Below, piece by piece: positions 1 to 9,904 of a stretch of 49,540 nucleotides of DNA. Position 1 is the first letter of the stretch; each line of letters starts with the position of its first letter. A model generated the notes under the pieces. The model searched no databases and was not told the origin of the DNA. It saw nothing but the letters and a program-made list of their open reading frames with translations. Source of the DNA: Candidatus Microgenomates bacterium. Lineage in GTDB: Bacteria; Patescibacteriota; Microgenomatia; UBA8517. The stretch is from positions 1-49,540 of the forward strand of contig JADHUT010000004.1 in assembly GCA_016784385.1 (NCBI GenBank). The letters run 5' to 3'. Position numbers and translations under genes: made by a program.

Positions 1-29
1 TTGATTCAGTTGCCAGTTTATTGCACTAA

Positions 30-1748
30 ATGAGATTAAAAATTTTAGCATTTCTTTTTGCACTAGCATTTCTAGCCGTCTCAGGACGGCTTTTTTACTG
101 GCAAGTTGTTAGAGGAGATGATTTGTCACAAGCTGCTTCGTATCAACACAATGATACAAGAGAGGTGGTAGCACCAAGAGGTGATATATATGCCTCTGAT
201 GGCTCATGGCTTGCAGTAATGAGGCAAAACTGGCTTGTTTTTGCAGAACTACCTAAGTTAACTGAAAACAAAGAAAAAGTTGCAGAGAAATTGTCTTCCA
301 TCTTGGCTGAAAAAGATGACAACAACGAGGTTTACAAACAAAACATATTAGATCTCACAGATCAAATATACAGCTCACTAACTAGAAAAGAAGTTGTCTG
401 GGTTCCTCTGAAGCACAAGGTTACTTCTCAACAAAAAAGCCAAATAGAAAAATTGGCAATAGAAGGAATTGGTTTTGAACCTGAAGACAGCCGCTTTTAT
501 CCAGAGGCTTCTTCATCTGCACAACTATTGGGATTTGTGGGAAAAGATGACGACGGGTTAGATACTGGATACTTTGGACTTGAGGGGTATTACGATATTG
601 CCCTTTCAGGAAAACCAGGATTTCTACTTCGACAAAAAGATGTGAGGGGTGCTCAAATTGTAGGTCAGGGTGTCTCTGAGATAAGCTCTTCTGCAGGAGC
701 TGACTTGGTTACCCATATTGACAAAAGAATTCAACTAACACTGGAAGAAAACCTTCAAGCTGGTTTGGAAAAATACGGAGCAAAACAAGTATCTGGAATT
801 ATAATGGATCCCAAAACTGGAGCCGTTTTGGCCATGGGGTCATACCCTTCATTTGACCCCAAAAAATACTTTGATTACAGCGATGAACTATTTAAAAACC
901 CAATAATATCGGATGTTTATGAGCCTGGGTCAGTATTTAAAATTATGGTTATGGCAGCAGGACTGGATTCGGGTGCAGTAGACATTGATACAAAATGTGA
1001 TATTTGTGGAGAACCTTTAAAGGTAGATAAATACTATATAAAAACCTGGAACAATGAATATACAGCTGATTCTACAATGACTGATGTAATAGTTCACTCC
1101 GACAATGTTGGTATGAGTTTTGTTGCACAAAAATTAGGTGCTGATCTTTTGTATGATTACTTAGATAAGTTTGGCATAGGACATATCAGTGGAGTTGATC
1201 TTCAGGGTGAGGTTACATCTCAAATGCGCGAAAAAGGAACATGGAATATTGTGGATCTTGCAACCACATCATTCGGACAGGGAATTTCAACCACTTCAAT
1301 GCAAATTATCACAGCAGTTGCAGCAATTGCTAATAAAGGAGTTATGATGCAACCCCAGGTGGTTGACAAGGTTAAAATTGAAGGCTGGGGAGAAGACATT
1401 AAACCTAAAGAAATTAGAAGAGTGATAAGCACCCAAGCTGCTTCAAAGATGACTACAATGATGGAAGAAGCTGCAAATAATGGAGAAGCCCAATGGACCA
1501 ACTTACCAGGATTTGGAGTTGCTGGTAAAACTGGTACCGCACAAATTCCTATTGCAGGCCATTACGATGAGGAAAAAACAATTGCAAGTTTTGTGGGATT
1601 TGCCCCCTCAACGGACCCTAAGTTTGTAATGTTGATTACCCTGAGAGAGCCACAAAGTTCTCCCTGGGCTAGTGAAACTGCGGCACCTCTTTGGTACTCA
1701 GTTGCAAGAGATCTTTTTACCTATTTTGGCATTCAGCCAGAGAATTAG
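30..1748 (+). CDS. ftsI: Class B penicillin-binding protein (FtsI/PBP2-type transpeptidase)
   Basis: 572-aa ORF. N-terminal membrane anchor (MRLKILAFLFALAFLAV), then transpeptidase motifs SVFK (SxxK), SDN (SxN) and KTGT (KTG). Sits at the head of the mur/fts cluster. Confidence 0.85.
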   Translation: MRLKILAFLFALAFLAVSGRLFYWQVVRGDDLSQAASYQHNDTREVVAPRGDIYASDGSWLAVMRQNWLVFAELPKLTENKEKVAEKLSSILAEKDDNNEVYKQNILDLTDQIYSSLTRKEVVWVPLKHKVTSQQKSQIEKLAIEGIGFEPEDSRFYPEASSSAQLLGFVGKDDDGLDTGYFGLEGYYDIALSGKPGFLLRQKDVRGAQIVGQGVSEISSSAGADLVTHIDKRIQLTLEENLQAGLEKYGAKQVSGIIMDPKTGAVLAMGSYPSFDPKKYFDYSDELFKNPIISDVYEPGSVFKIMVMAAGLDSGAVDIDTKCDICGEPLKVDKYYIKTWNNEYTADSTMTDVIVHSDNVGMSFVAQKLGADLLYDYLDKFGIGHISGVDLQGEVTSQMREKGTWNIVDLATTSFGQGISTTSMQIITAVAAIANKGVMMQPQVVDKVKIEGWGEDIKPKEIRRVISTQAASKMTTMMEEAANNGEAQWTNLPGFGVAGKTGTAQIPIAGHYDEEKTIASFVGFAPSTDPKFVMLITLREPQSSPWASETAAPLWYSVARDLFTYFGIQPEN

Positions 1749-1771
1749 GTATACTATACTGTATATAAATT

Positions 1772-3031
1772 ATGGCTAGATTTATTATTGAAGGAGGCAA
1801 AAAATTACAGGGTGAGATTAATTTATCGGGGAATAAAAATTCCGCGCTAAAACTTATCCCCGCAACCCTTCTTGCTGATTCCCCAACCACACTAACCAAT
1901 GTACCCAATATCCTCGATGTTGAGGTAATGATTAAAATTTTAAGCTCACTTGGAGCAAAAACTACATTTGAAAAAGGTACTCTAACAGTTGATCCTCAAG
2001 GTCTTAATTCATATGATCCTGATCCAGCGCTTTGCTCTCGAATTCGTGCCTCAGTAGTATTGGCAGCTCCCCTGCTAGCTCGTTTTGGTAAGGCTGTAGT
2101 AACACCTCCAGGAGGTGACCAGATAGGCGATAGGCTGCTTGATACCCACTTTACTATGATGGAGAAGTTGGGGGTCACTATAAAGAGGGAAAATGGGAGA
2201 TTTCACCTAAATTGGGACAGAAAAAATACAGGAAGTATTTTTTTGGAAGAAGCATCAGTTACTGCAACTGAGATGGGGTTGATGATGGCTTCCTCTATGG
2301 GGCAATCAGTTGAGATATTGGATGCAGCCGCTGAACCACACATAACAGATCTTGGTGAAATGTTGATTAGTATGGGAGCTAAAATTACAGGTCTTGGAAC
2401 AAACACCATAAGTGTTAGGGGTGGAAAACTAAAAGGAGTAGAGCACAAAGTTATGCCAGATCACATTGAAGGAGGAACTTTTGCAATAGCATCTGCAATT
2501 ACAGGAGGACATGTAACTATCAATGATTTTAGGTCCCAGGACTATAAAATGGCATTGCATTATTTTGAAAACATGGGGATGAAGTTTAAGGTTCACGAAA
2601 ATAAATTAGAGGTTTTTCCTTCTAAGTTAAAAGCTAATAGGCGTAAATTCCAAACTAGGCCATGGCCAGGTTTTCCAACTGACCTTATGAGTCCATTTAT
2701 AGTACTTGCTACCCAAACCGAAGGAACAATACTATGTCACGATTGGATGTATGAATGGAGAATGTTTTTTGTAGACGATTTAATCTCAATGGGGGCAAAT
2801 ATTTTCATTGCTGATCCACACAGAGTAATAGTGTCTGGCCCCACTAAGCTAATGGCTGATAGATTATTTTCAAAAGACATTCGGGCAGGAATTTCAGTAG
2901 TATTGGCTGCAATGATTGCAGAAGGAACTAGTATTATTGAAAATGCTGAAGTGGTAAGACGAGGATACCAAGATTTGGAAGGGAGATTGACTTCTCTTGG
3001 TGCTTCTATAAAACGAGTTGAAAATGATTAA
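1772..3031 (+). CDS. murA: UDP-N-acetylglucosamine 1-carboxyvinyltransferase
   Basis: 419 aa. N-terminus MARFIIEGGKKLQGEINLSGNKNSALK and active-site loop LLARFGKAVVTPPGGDQIG are typical of MurA. Asp occupies the position of the E. coli Cys115 equivalent. Confidence 0.9.
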   Translation: MARFIIEGGKKLQGEINLSGNKNSALKLIPATLLADSPTTLTNVPNILDVEVMIKILSSLGAKTTFEKGTLTVDPQGLNSYDPDPALCSRIRASVVLAAPLLARFGKAVVTPPGGDQIGDRLLDTHFTMMEKLGVTIKRENGRFHLNWDRKNTGSIFLEEASVTATEMGLMMASSMGQSVEILDAAAEPHITDLGEMLISMGAKITGLGTNTISVRGGKLKGVEHKVMPDHIEGGTFAIASAITGGHVTINDFRSQDYKMALHYFENMGMKFKVHENKLEVFPSKLKANRRKFQTRPWPGFPTDLMSPFIVLATQTEGTILCHDWMYEWRMFFVDDLISMGANIFIADPHRVIVSGPTKLMADRLFSKDIRAGISVVLAAMIAEGTSIIENAEVVRRGYQDLEGRLTSLGASIKRVEND

Positions 3032-4268
3032 AGGTATAACTTCTGATTCACGAAAAGTTAAGAAAGGATTTATTTTTGTGGCAATAAATGGCTATTCTGC
3101 TGACGGGCATGATTATATCAACCAAGCTATACACAACGGGGCTATTTTGGTAATTGGAGAAAAAAAGATTACAAAGAAACTAAAAAATGAAGTCCCCTAC
3201 AAAAAAGTAAAAGATTCGAGGGTAGAGTTGGGAAAAATTGCCTCTCAGTTTTACGAGTATCCTTCAAAAAAATTGATAGTAATTGGAGTTACTGGAACAA
3301 AAGGAAAAACCACCACGGCTCACATGATTCATGATATTTTAAACAAAAGTGGCCATAAAGCTGGCCTTATTTCTTCAATTTCTACAAAAGGTTATCATGT
3401 TACAACACCTGGGATAGTAGAGATTAACCAAAAGCTTTCTAAAATGGTCGATAATGGTTTTAAATACTGTGTTTTAGAAGTGTCATCACACGGGATAAAA
3501 CAAGGTAGAATAAGTGGAATTGAATTTGATACTACAGTTTTGACTAATATAAAGCCGGAACACTTGGATTATCACAAAACTTTTTCTGATTATAAAAAAA
3601 CAAAACTTAAATTTTTCAGAACTGGAAAAATACAAATTAAAAGTCCAAAAAAAACGAACATAAGTTTATTTCCTGGTGTGTTTAATAACATTAATGCAAC
3701 TACTGCTGTAATGGTTACCAAAAATTATGGCGTTTCTGAAGAAAAGGCAAAAAAACTACTCAGCTCATTTGAGCTGCCAAGAGGTAGGATGGAAGAAGTA
3801 ATAATTGCTGCAAACAAAAAGACAAACAAAGACATAAGGGTGTTTGTAGATTTTGCACACACACCAGATTCATTGGAAAAAGCTTTAACTTATCTGTCTT
3901 CTATTACTAAAGGGAGGTTGATATCTGTATTTGGATGTGCAGGAGAACGGGATAAACAAAAAAGACCCAAAATGGGTAAAATTGCCTCTGACTTGTCCAA
4001 TGTTGTAATTTTAACAGAAGAGGATTCGAGGTCAGAGGATGTCAATGATATAATAAAACAGATTAAAAAAGGTGTACCTAAAAATTTCAAAGAAATATAT
4101 GAAATTACAGATAGGAAAAAAGCTATACAAAAAGCAATAAGTTTAGCAAAGGCAGAGGATATAGTTGCACTTTTAGGAAAAGGTCATGAAAAATCAATGA
4201 ACCTGGATGGGAAACAAGAAATACCTTGGTCAGATCAAGAAGTAGTGAAAGAAATACTGAAAAGATAA
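3024..4268 (+). CDS. murE: UDP-MurNAc-L-Ala-D-Glu--diamino acid ligase (MurE-type Mur ligase)
   Basis: DSRKVKKGFIFVAINGYSADGHDYI N-terminal signature, P-loop GVTGTKGKTTT, and NIKPEHLDYH. ATG at 3024 preferred over the TTG at 3018. Overlaps the murA stop by 8 nt. Confidence 0.8.
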   Translation: MIKGITSDSRKVKKGFIFVAINGYSADGHDYINQAIHNGAILVIGEKKITKKLKNEVPYKKVKDSRVELGKIASQFYEYPSKKLIVIGVTGTKGKTTTAHMIHDILNKSGHKAGLISSISTKGYHVTTPGIVEINQKLSKMVDNGFKYCVLEVSSHGIKQGRISGIEFDTTVLTNIKPEHLDYHKTFSDYKKTKLKFFRTGKIQIKSPKKTNISLFPGVFNNINATTAVMVTKNYGVSEEKAKKLLSSFELPRGRMEEVIIAANKKTNKDIRVFVDFAHTPDSLEKALTYLSSITKGRLISVFGCAGERDKQKRPKMGKIASDLSNVVILTEEDSRSEDVNDIIKQIKKGVPKNFKEIYEITDRKKAIQKAISLAKAEDIVALLGKGHEKSMNLDGKQEIPWSDQEVVKEILKR

Positions 4269-4276
4269 AAATAAAA

Positions 4277-5476
4277 ATGAACTATCAAGTTGTCATACTA
4301 GCCGGAGGAGAGTCTTCTAGGTTTACACCTTTTAACAATTTACATAAAAGTTTTTTTAAACTTGGGGGAAAAAGTATTATTCAAAGAACACTTTCAGACA
4401 TACTCGACAATTTAGAAATGGAAGTAATATTGGTTTTAGGTTCAAAGAATTTTGAGAAGGAAAAATCTATTATTGAAAGTTATGGTTATGGTAAAAAAAT
4501 TACATGTGTAAAACAAAATGAATCTTTAGGTCAAGGGAATGCAATATTGTCAGCAAAAGATAATGTAAATGGAGACTTTTTTGTAATAAATGCACAACAA
4601 TTTAATTTTTCCAAAATTTCAGATAATTTTGTAAAAACTTTTGAAAGTAAAAAATTTGAAGCTCTTGTTGGAAGCCAGAAGACAAGTGAGCCCTGGAAAT
4701 ACGGAATTTTGTACAAGAATGAAAATAATGTCATAGGTGTAGTTGAAAAACCGAAAAAAGGTACAGAGCCTTCTGCGACAAGGATAGTTGGTGTATATTT
4801 ATTCTCTAAAGTTTTTTTGGGTGAGTTGGAAAATACAAAACAGTCCGAATATAGCTTGGAAAAGGCTCTGGATTTGACTTCTAAAAAGTCTAGATTGGGA
4901 GATGTAACAATAAGTGATGCAGTTCCTAGTTTGAAATATCCTTGGGATTTATTGAAGATCAAAGATATTTTCCTGAAAGATTTAAGGGGAATAGATAAAA
5001 GTGCAGAAGTTGCAAAAACTGCAACAATAAAAGGAGAAGTTTACATAGGAAAGAATACGAAAGTTTGTGATTACGCATTAATAGAAGGACCTGTGTATAT
5101 AGGTGAGAATGTAGTTGTTGGTTCTTATTCTCAAGTTAGGGGTGGCAGTGTTTTGGAAGAAGGTTCGGTCCTACAAAGATATGTTGATGTTAAAAACTCA
5201 ATAATTGGAGAACAAACATCGATACATTCTGGCTTTATCGGCGATAGTGTTGTGGGTAAAAATGTAAAGATAGGTGCGGGATTTATTTCTGCCAATAAGA
5301 GATTTGATAGGCGAAATATATCAGTAGAAGTTAAAAACAAAAAAGTCGACAGTGGAATAAATGGTCTCGGAGTGCTGGTTGGTGATGAAAGCAATATAGG
5401 TATAAGAGTTTCGACGATGCCTGGAACACTTATTAAGTATAATAGTAAAATATTTCCCGGAGAGATTGTTAAATGA
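4277..5476 (+). CDS. Sugar-1-phosphate nucleotidyltransferase fused to a left-handed beta-helix acetyltransferase-like domain (GlmU-like)
   Basis: N-terminal VILAGGESSRF nucleotidyltransferase loop. The C-terminal half has hexapeptide-like repeats (IGKNTKV, IGENVVVG, IGEQTSI, VGKNVKIG). Internal ATG at 4277 chosen over the track start at 4226, which lies inside murE. Confidence 0.6.
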   Translation: MNYQVVILAGGESSRFTPFNNLHKSFFKLGGKSIIQRTLSDILDNLEMEVILVLGSKNFEKEKSIIESYGYGKKITCVKQNESLGQGNAILSAKDNVNGDFFVINAQQFNFSKISDNFVKTFESKKFEALVGSQKTSEPWKYGILYKNENNVIGVVEKPKKGTEPSATRIVGVYLFSKVFLGELENTKQSEYSLEKALDLTSKKSRLGDVTISDAVPSLKYPWDLLKIKDIFLKDLRGIDKSAEVAKTATIKGEVYIGKNTKVCDYALIEGPVYIGENVVVGSYSQVRGGSVLEEGSVLQRYVDVKNSIIGEQTSIHSGFIGDSVVGKNVKIGAGFISANKRFDRRNISVEVKNKKVDSGINGLGVLVGDESNIGIRVSTMPGTLIKYNSKIFPGEIVK

Positions 5477-5907
5477 ATTCTCAAAAAAAAATAATACTTG
5501 TTGATCTTGATCATACATTGTATGAGGTTGATTCCGGTAATTTGTATCCTGATGCTATTGATTTTGTTAAATTTGCACAAAAGCAAAATGAAACATATCT
5601 ATTTACCGAAGGGGATCACAATTTTCAAAAAAACAAGATAGAAAAGACAGGATTAGACAAAATCTTTGGTAAAAATATAAGAATTTATGATGAATTTCTA
5701 AAAATTGAAAACTCAAAAAAGGAGTTTTCAGATAAAGATGTGATACTCATAGACGATAAACCACTTGTAATAGATGGAGCGATATCTTTAGGATGGGAAA
5801 CAATACGTATAAAAAGAGGACGATATAAAAATAAAGACAGTCAATTGAAACCAAATAATACAGTGAAAGATCTACAAACCATTGTTTCTGGCAATTTATT
5901 GCTATAA
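5473..5907 (+). CDS. HAD-superfamily hydrolase-like protein
   Basis: Motif I LVDLDHTL (DxDxT) and a later LIDDKP acidic motif. ATGA start/stop overlap with the upstream gene. Confidence 0.5.
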   Translation: MNSQKKIILVDLDHTLYEVDSGNLYPDAIDFVKFAQKQNETYLFTEGDHNFQKNKIEKTGLDKIFGKNIRIYDEFLKIENSKKEFSDKDVILIDDKPLVIDGAISLGWETIRIKRGRYKNKDSQLKPNNTVKDLQTIVSGNLLL

Positions 5908-5914
5908 TAACAAC

Positions 5915-6922
5915 ATGTCAAATAAAAAATATAATCAAAAAATAGTAACCATAGGAGGGGGTACTGGGCAGTTCCATCTTTTAGCAGGACTTCGTGAATT
6001 AAACGAAAATGAGTCAATTACTGCAGTTGCAGGAACTTGGGATAGTGGTGGAAGCTCTGGTCGGCTTCGTACTGAACTTGGAGTTTTACCCCCTGGGGAC
6101 ATAAGGCGTTGTATTTTGGCACTTATGCCAGGTGAAAAACAAAGGATGGTTGCACAAACCCTTTTTGATGATAGGTTGGAAGATATGACCGGGCCCATGA
6201 AAGGCCACTCTTTTGGGAACCTCCTTACAGCAAGGCTTGAGAATATTTATAAAGGTCAAGATAGGGGGATTGATGCCGAAAGAGAACTATTTAATGTAAA
6301 AGCAAATGTTATGCCCGTTAGTATTACTCATGTTGATTTGATTGCTGAAACCTCCAAAGGCAATAAAATTATAGGAGAAACAAATATTGACACAAGAGTA
6401 AAAGACAAAGATTATGATAAAAGTGACAGAATAGTTCGTATTTATTTTGACACAAGAGCAGACGCCAACTTGGAGGTCATAAAACAAATTGAAGAAGCTG
6501 ATAAAATTGTTTTTTCGGCAGGAGATCTTTATACAAGCATACTCCCTCATCTATTAGTAGATGGTGTTAGGGAAGTCATATCAAGATCAAAGGCAAAACT
6601 TATATATATATTGAATTTAGCCACTAAACCAGGTGAAACAGATAATTACAAAGCCTCAGAATTTTTGAAAAATTTTCTTTTCTATTTAGATATTCCCGGA
6701 AGGTTGGATTACATTGTAGCAAATGACAACCATCTCGAAAAAGAAATACTAGATATTTATAAAGGGGAAGGGCAGAATTTAGTGGAAGTTGATGAAGAAA
6801 AGATAAAAAAAATGGAGCCCCATGCAAAAATTGTTAAAAAACCAGTTTCAACCTACCTTCGAAAAGAACATCTACTTCGTCATAATTCAAAAAAACTTGC
6901 CCTAGCTATTTTGGAGTTGTAA
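5915..6922 (+). CDS. YvcK/CofD-family protein (gluconeogenesis factor, GlmR-like)
   Basis: IVTIGGGTGQFHLLAGLRE and VAGTWDSGGSSGRLR motifs are typical of the UPF0052/YvcK/CofD family. ATG at 5915 preferred. Confidence 0.7.
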   Translation: MSNKKYNQKIVTIGGGTGQFHLLAGLRELNENESITAVAGTWDSGGSSGRLRTELGVLPPGDIRRCILALMPGEKQRMVAQTLFDDRLEDMTGPMKGHSFGNLLTARLENIYKGQDRGIDAERELFNVKANVMPVSITHVDLIAETSKGNKIIGETNIDTRVKDKDYDKSDRIVRIYFDTRADANLEVIKQIEEADKIVFSAGDLYTSILPHLLVDGVREVISRSKAKLIYILNLATKPGETDNYKASEFLKNFLFYLDIPGRLDYIVANDNHLEKEILDIYKGEGQNLVEVDEEKIKKMEPHAKIVKKPVSTYLRKEHLLRHNSKKLALAILEL

Positions 6923-7777
6923 TCTATCAAGTTCATTCTGCATTTTTTGTTCCATGTCTCTAGCCAAATCTTTTATGTTCCCCAAATCTTTTTGTGTTAC
7001 CGTAAATGGTTCCAGGATAGATAATTTATAACCTGATTCAGGGTCAAAATATTGACATATTGGGACAATTGGTACTCCAGTTCTTTGTGCTACAACGAAT
7101 GCTCCAGAATGGAAAGGATCAAGATTGTATGGCCCTCCTTCAGATCTTTTCCCAGAAGTTCCACCTTCAGGATACATTACTATTGCTGTTGGAGAATCGA
7201 GAAACTTTTTTTGAGTGTCTTGGATTAGAGTTTCTGTTTTACCAACCCCCAATGTTGCAACTGTTATTACACCACAAGCTTTTTGGATATCAAGTAGTTT
7301 TCTTGGCAATTTCACAGCTGTCTCAACAAGTGTGGCACCCAACTCATCAGTTATTTTCTTAAGAGGTGCGTGTCTAAGTGGAAATGGTTCGAATTTGTCC
7401 ATGTTTACATCTAGGGTTCTGTCTTTATTGCTGATGGGTATCAGTTTTATTGCTCCAAGATGATTTGTTACAATAATGATATTTATTTTTTTTAATTGTG
7501 TTAATTCCTCTTTTCCATAGACTATTTGAGTGGAAGATTCGTTATTGAGTTTTTCTAAAAGTTTTATGTACTCATCCATGATATGGTCGGGCTTGTCTAA
7601 ATTTTCAAAAGCATTGGTAAAAAAATCTTGTTGGAATGAATGCAATTTTTTAAAAGTTTTTTTTGCAATCTGTGTTGACAAAACTTCATCTTGTAGTTTT
7701 GTAATAATAGCGATTTCTTTAGGGTCGTCTATTTGTGGTTGTCTAGATAGTGTTGAATCCATGCTTTTTGTTTCCAT
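6902..7777 (-). CDS. PlsC/LPLAT-superfamily acyltransferase-like protein (divergent)
   Basis: VMYPEGGTSGK resembles the FPEGTRS block and GVPIVPI resembles block IV. The HX4D block is only partly kept (VTNHLGAIK). TAATG coupling to the upstream ORF. Confidence 0.45.
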   Translation of the reverse strand: METKSMDSTLSRQPQIDDPKEIAIITKLQDEVLSTQIAKKTFKKLHSFQQDFFTNAFENLDKPDHIMDEYIKLLEKLNNESSTQIVYGKEELTQLKKINIIIVTNHLGAIKLIPISNKDRTLDVNMDKFEPFPLRHAPLKKITDELGATLVETAVKLPRKLLDIQKACGVITVATLGVGKTETLIQDTQKKFLDSPTAIVMYPEGGTSGKRSEGGPYNLDPFHSGAFVVAQRTGVPIVPICQYFDPESGYKLSILEPFTVTQKDLGNIKDLARDMEQKMQNELDRLQLQNS

Positions 7778-8100
7778 TATTTTACATTTTTGACTTTTTT
7801 CATTATACCAAACATAGGATGAGCGCCATCTCTCTCGGTAATTGTTTGAGGGAACCCCGGAGCTGATACTGGGTTTATAAATAATTCTTCACTTCCATTT
7901 TCAGCAGATAATGCGTAGTGTACACCTTTCCCTTTTCTTGCCTTTGGGTGTGCAAGAAAATTGATTGTCGTATCGGGAAATTCTTGTTTAAGTTTAGAAC
8001 CGAGGTCTATTGTTACATTTCTGCAATCTTGATAAGCTGTAAAATTCTCATTCTCTTGTAATAGTTGACGAGTTCTTTGTGCAATTTCTTTTAAACCCAT
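7777..8100 (-). CDS. Hypothetical protein (107 aa)
   Basis: ORF packed tightly between glmS and the acyltransferase gene, with a 1-nt stop/start overlap. No recognisable motif. Confidence 0.4.
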   Translation of the reverse strand: MGLKEIAQRTRQLLQENENFTAYQDCRNVTIDLGSKLKQEFPDTTINFLAHPKARKGKGVHYALSAENGSEELFINPVSAPGFPQTITERDGAHPMFGIMKKVKNVK

Positions 8101-8108
8101 AAGGTATT

Positions 8109-9848
8109 TTACTTTACAGTTACGCTTTTAGCTATATTTCTTGGTTTGTCTACATTATTTTTAAGATAAACAGCCATATAGTAGGCAATAAGCTGAAGTG
8201 GTACTGTATTTAAAATTGCACTTACTTCACCTGTGTCGGGTAGTTTTGGAAGTTTAATAATTTCAGCACCTCTTGCTTTTATTTCATTTATGGCATTTTC
8301 AACATCTCCCGAAACTGCATCATTGGAAACAACTGGAATTATGGGAACCCCAGCTTCCATTAGTGTTATGGCGTAGTGTTTTAAATCTCCTGCAGGTATT
8401 GCGTGTGCATGAACATAACTTCCTTCAATAATTTTTACCATTCCTTCTTTGATGATTTGTAGGTTTTGACCTTTTCCAAGAAGGAAGATATGTTTTTTCT
8501 TTGACAACTTTTTAGCAATTTTTTTGATTTGGCTTAAGAAATCTTTGTTATTTAATACTTTTCTCATTTCTTTAGCCAGTATTTTCAAATTTATAACTCC
8601 TTGGTCGTATTTTTCTTGAGTATTTTTTGCTACTAAATATCCAAATGCAATTTGGCTTATAAACACTTTTGTAGACATAACACAAATTTCAGCACCTGCA
8701 TTTGCCATGAATGAAATATCGCTTATTTTTGTAATCAAGCTTCCCGGCATGTTTACATATGAGGCAACTTTAACTCCTTTTTTCTTTGCCATCTCTAAAA
8801 TTTCTAGAACATCTGCGGTTTCACCGCTTTGAGAAGGAGCAATAATTAGATCTTCTTTGGAAAATAGTGGTAGATATTCAGTGCATTCGGCGCCAATTAA
8901 ACCTATGGCGTTTACCCCTGCATATGTTCTCAAATAGTAAGCCATTTGGAATGCAGCTGCCCCGGCCGTACCAGAACCCATACAATATACATTTTTGGAT
9001 TTTTTAATTAGTTTGGATAGTTTTTCGAGCTTTCTTTTATCTTGTTTTATAACTTCCTCAATAGCGCTTGGTTGGTCAAAAATTTCTTTTATCATGAAGT
9101 GATTAAATTTACCCTTTCCTTCATTTTTTTGAGTAATACCATTTTTTACTTTTAAAAGTGGCAAGTTTTTTCCTGTTTTTACATTTTTTATTGTCAACAT
9201 ATTTTTTGAATAAATGGCCATTTGACCATTGTCTAGTGTTATTGTTTTTTCGACATATGGGGAAAAGGAAAGTGTATCTGATGAAAAATAAAATTCCTTT
9301 TTGTCTTTAGAAAACCCTAAAACTAGTGGGGAACCGTTTCTAACAGCAATAATTTGACCATCTTTAGTCAAAATTATTACAGTGTTTCTACCCTTTAGCT
9401 TATTAAAAGCAGATCTAGTAGCCTTTATGATATCTTTTTCTTTTTTAAGTTCCTCTTCAATCAAACGAACAATGACTTCTGTATCTGTTTGGCTTATAAA
9501 TTTGTAATTTTTTTGAAATAAATTTTGTTTTACACTGGAATAGTTTTCCATTATTCCGTTTTGAGCCAATACAAATGAACCATCTGATGAAAAATGGGGA
9601 TGTGCGTTAGTGTCCGTTACTGATCCATGTGTAGCCCATCTGGTATGTCCGACAGAAATACTACTTTTAGGAAGTTTTGAAAGTTTTTTGTTTACAGTTC
9701 CTGTATGTTTATCAAGTAAAATTTTTTTGTTTTGCAAAACAGCAACACCCCAACTATCGTATCCACGATAATCAAGGCGTTTCAAACCTTCAAAAACCGC
9801 AGAAGTTGCGTCGCGACGACTACCAATATAGCCAAATATTCCACACAT
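8109..9848 (-). CDS. glmS: Glutamine--fructose-6-phosphate aminotransferase (isomerizing)
   Basis: N-terminal nucleophile MCGIFGYIG, two SIS-like halves, C-terminal KSVTVK. 579 aa. Confidence 0.95.
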   Translation of the reverse strand: MCGIFGYIGSRRDATSAVFEGLKRLDYRGYDSWGVAVLQNKKILLDKHTGTVNKKLSKLPKSSISVGHTRWATHGSVTDTNAHPHFSSDGSFVLAQNGIMENYSSVKQNLFQKNYKFISQTDTEVIVRLIEEELKKEKDIIKATRSAFNKLKGRNTVIILTKDGQIIAVRNGSPLVLGFSKDKKEFYFSSDTLSFSPYVEKTITLDNGQMAIYSKNMLTIKNVKTGKNLPLLKVKNGITQKNEGKGKFNHFMIKEIFDQPSAIEEVIKQDKRKLEKLSKLIKKSKNVYCMGSGTAGAAAFQMAYYLRTYAGVNAIGLIGAECTEYLPLFSKEDLIIAPSQSGETADVLEILEMAKKKGVKVASYVNMPGSLITKISDISFMANAGAEICVMSTKVFISQIAFGYLVAKNTQEKYDQGVINLKILAKEMRKVLNNKDFLSQIKKIAKKLSKKKHIFLLGKGQNLQIIKEGMVKIIEGSYVHAHAIPAGDLKHYAITLMEAGVPIIPVVSNDAVSGDVENAINEIKARGAEIIKLPKLPDTGEVSAILNTVPLQLIAYYMAVYLKNNVDKPRNIAKSVTVK

Positions 9849-9904
9849 ATATTATTTTTTATAAAGCAGATTTTTTTTGAAGAAAGTATTAACTGGAATA
9901 GTTC

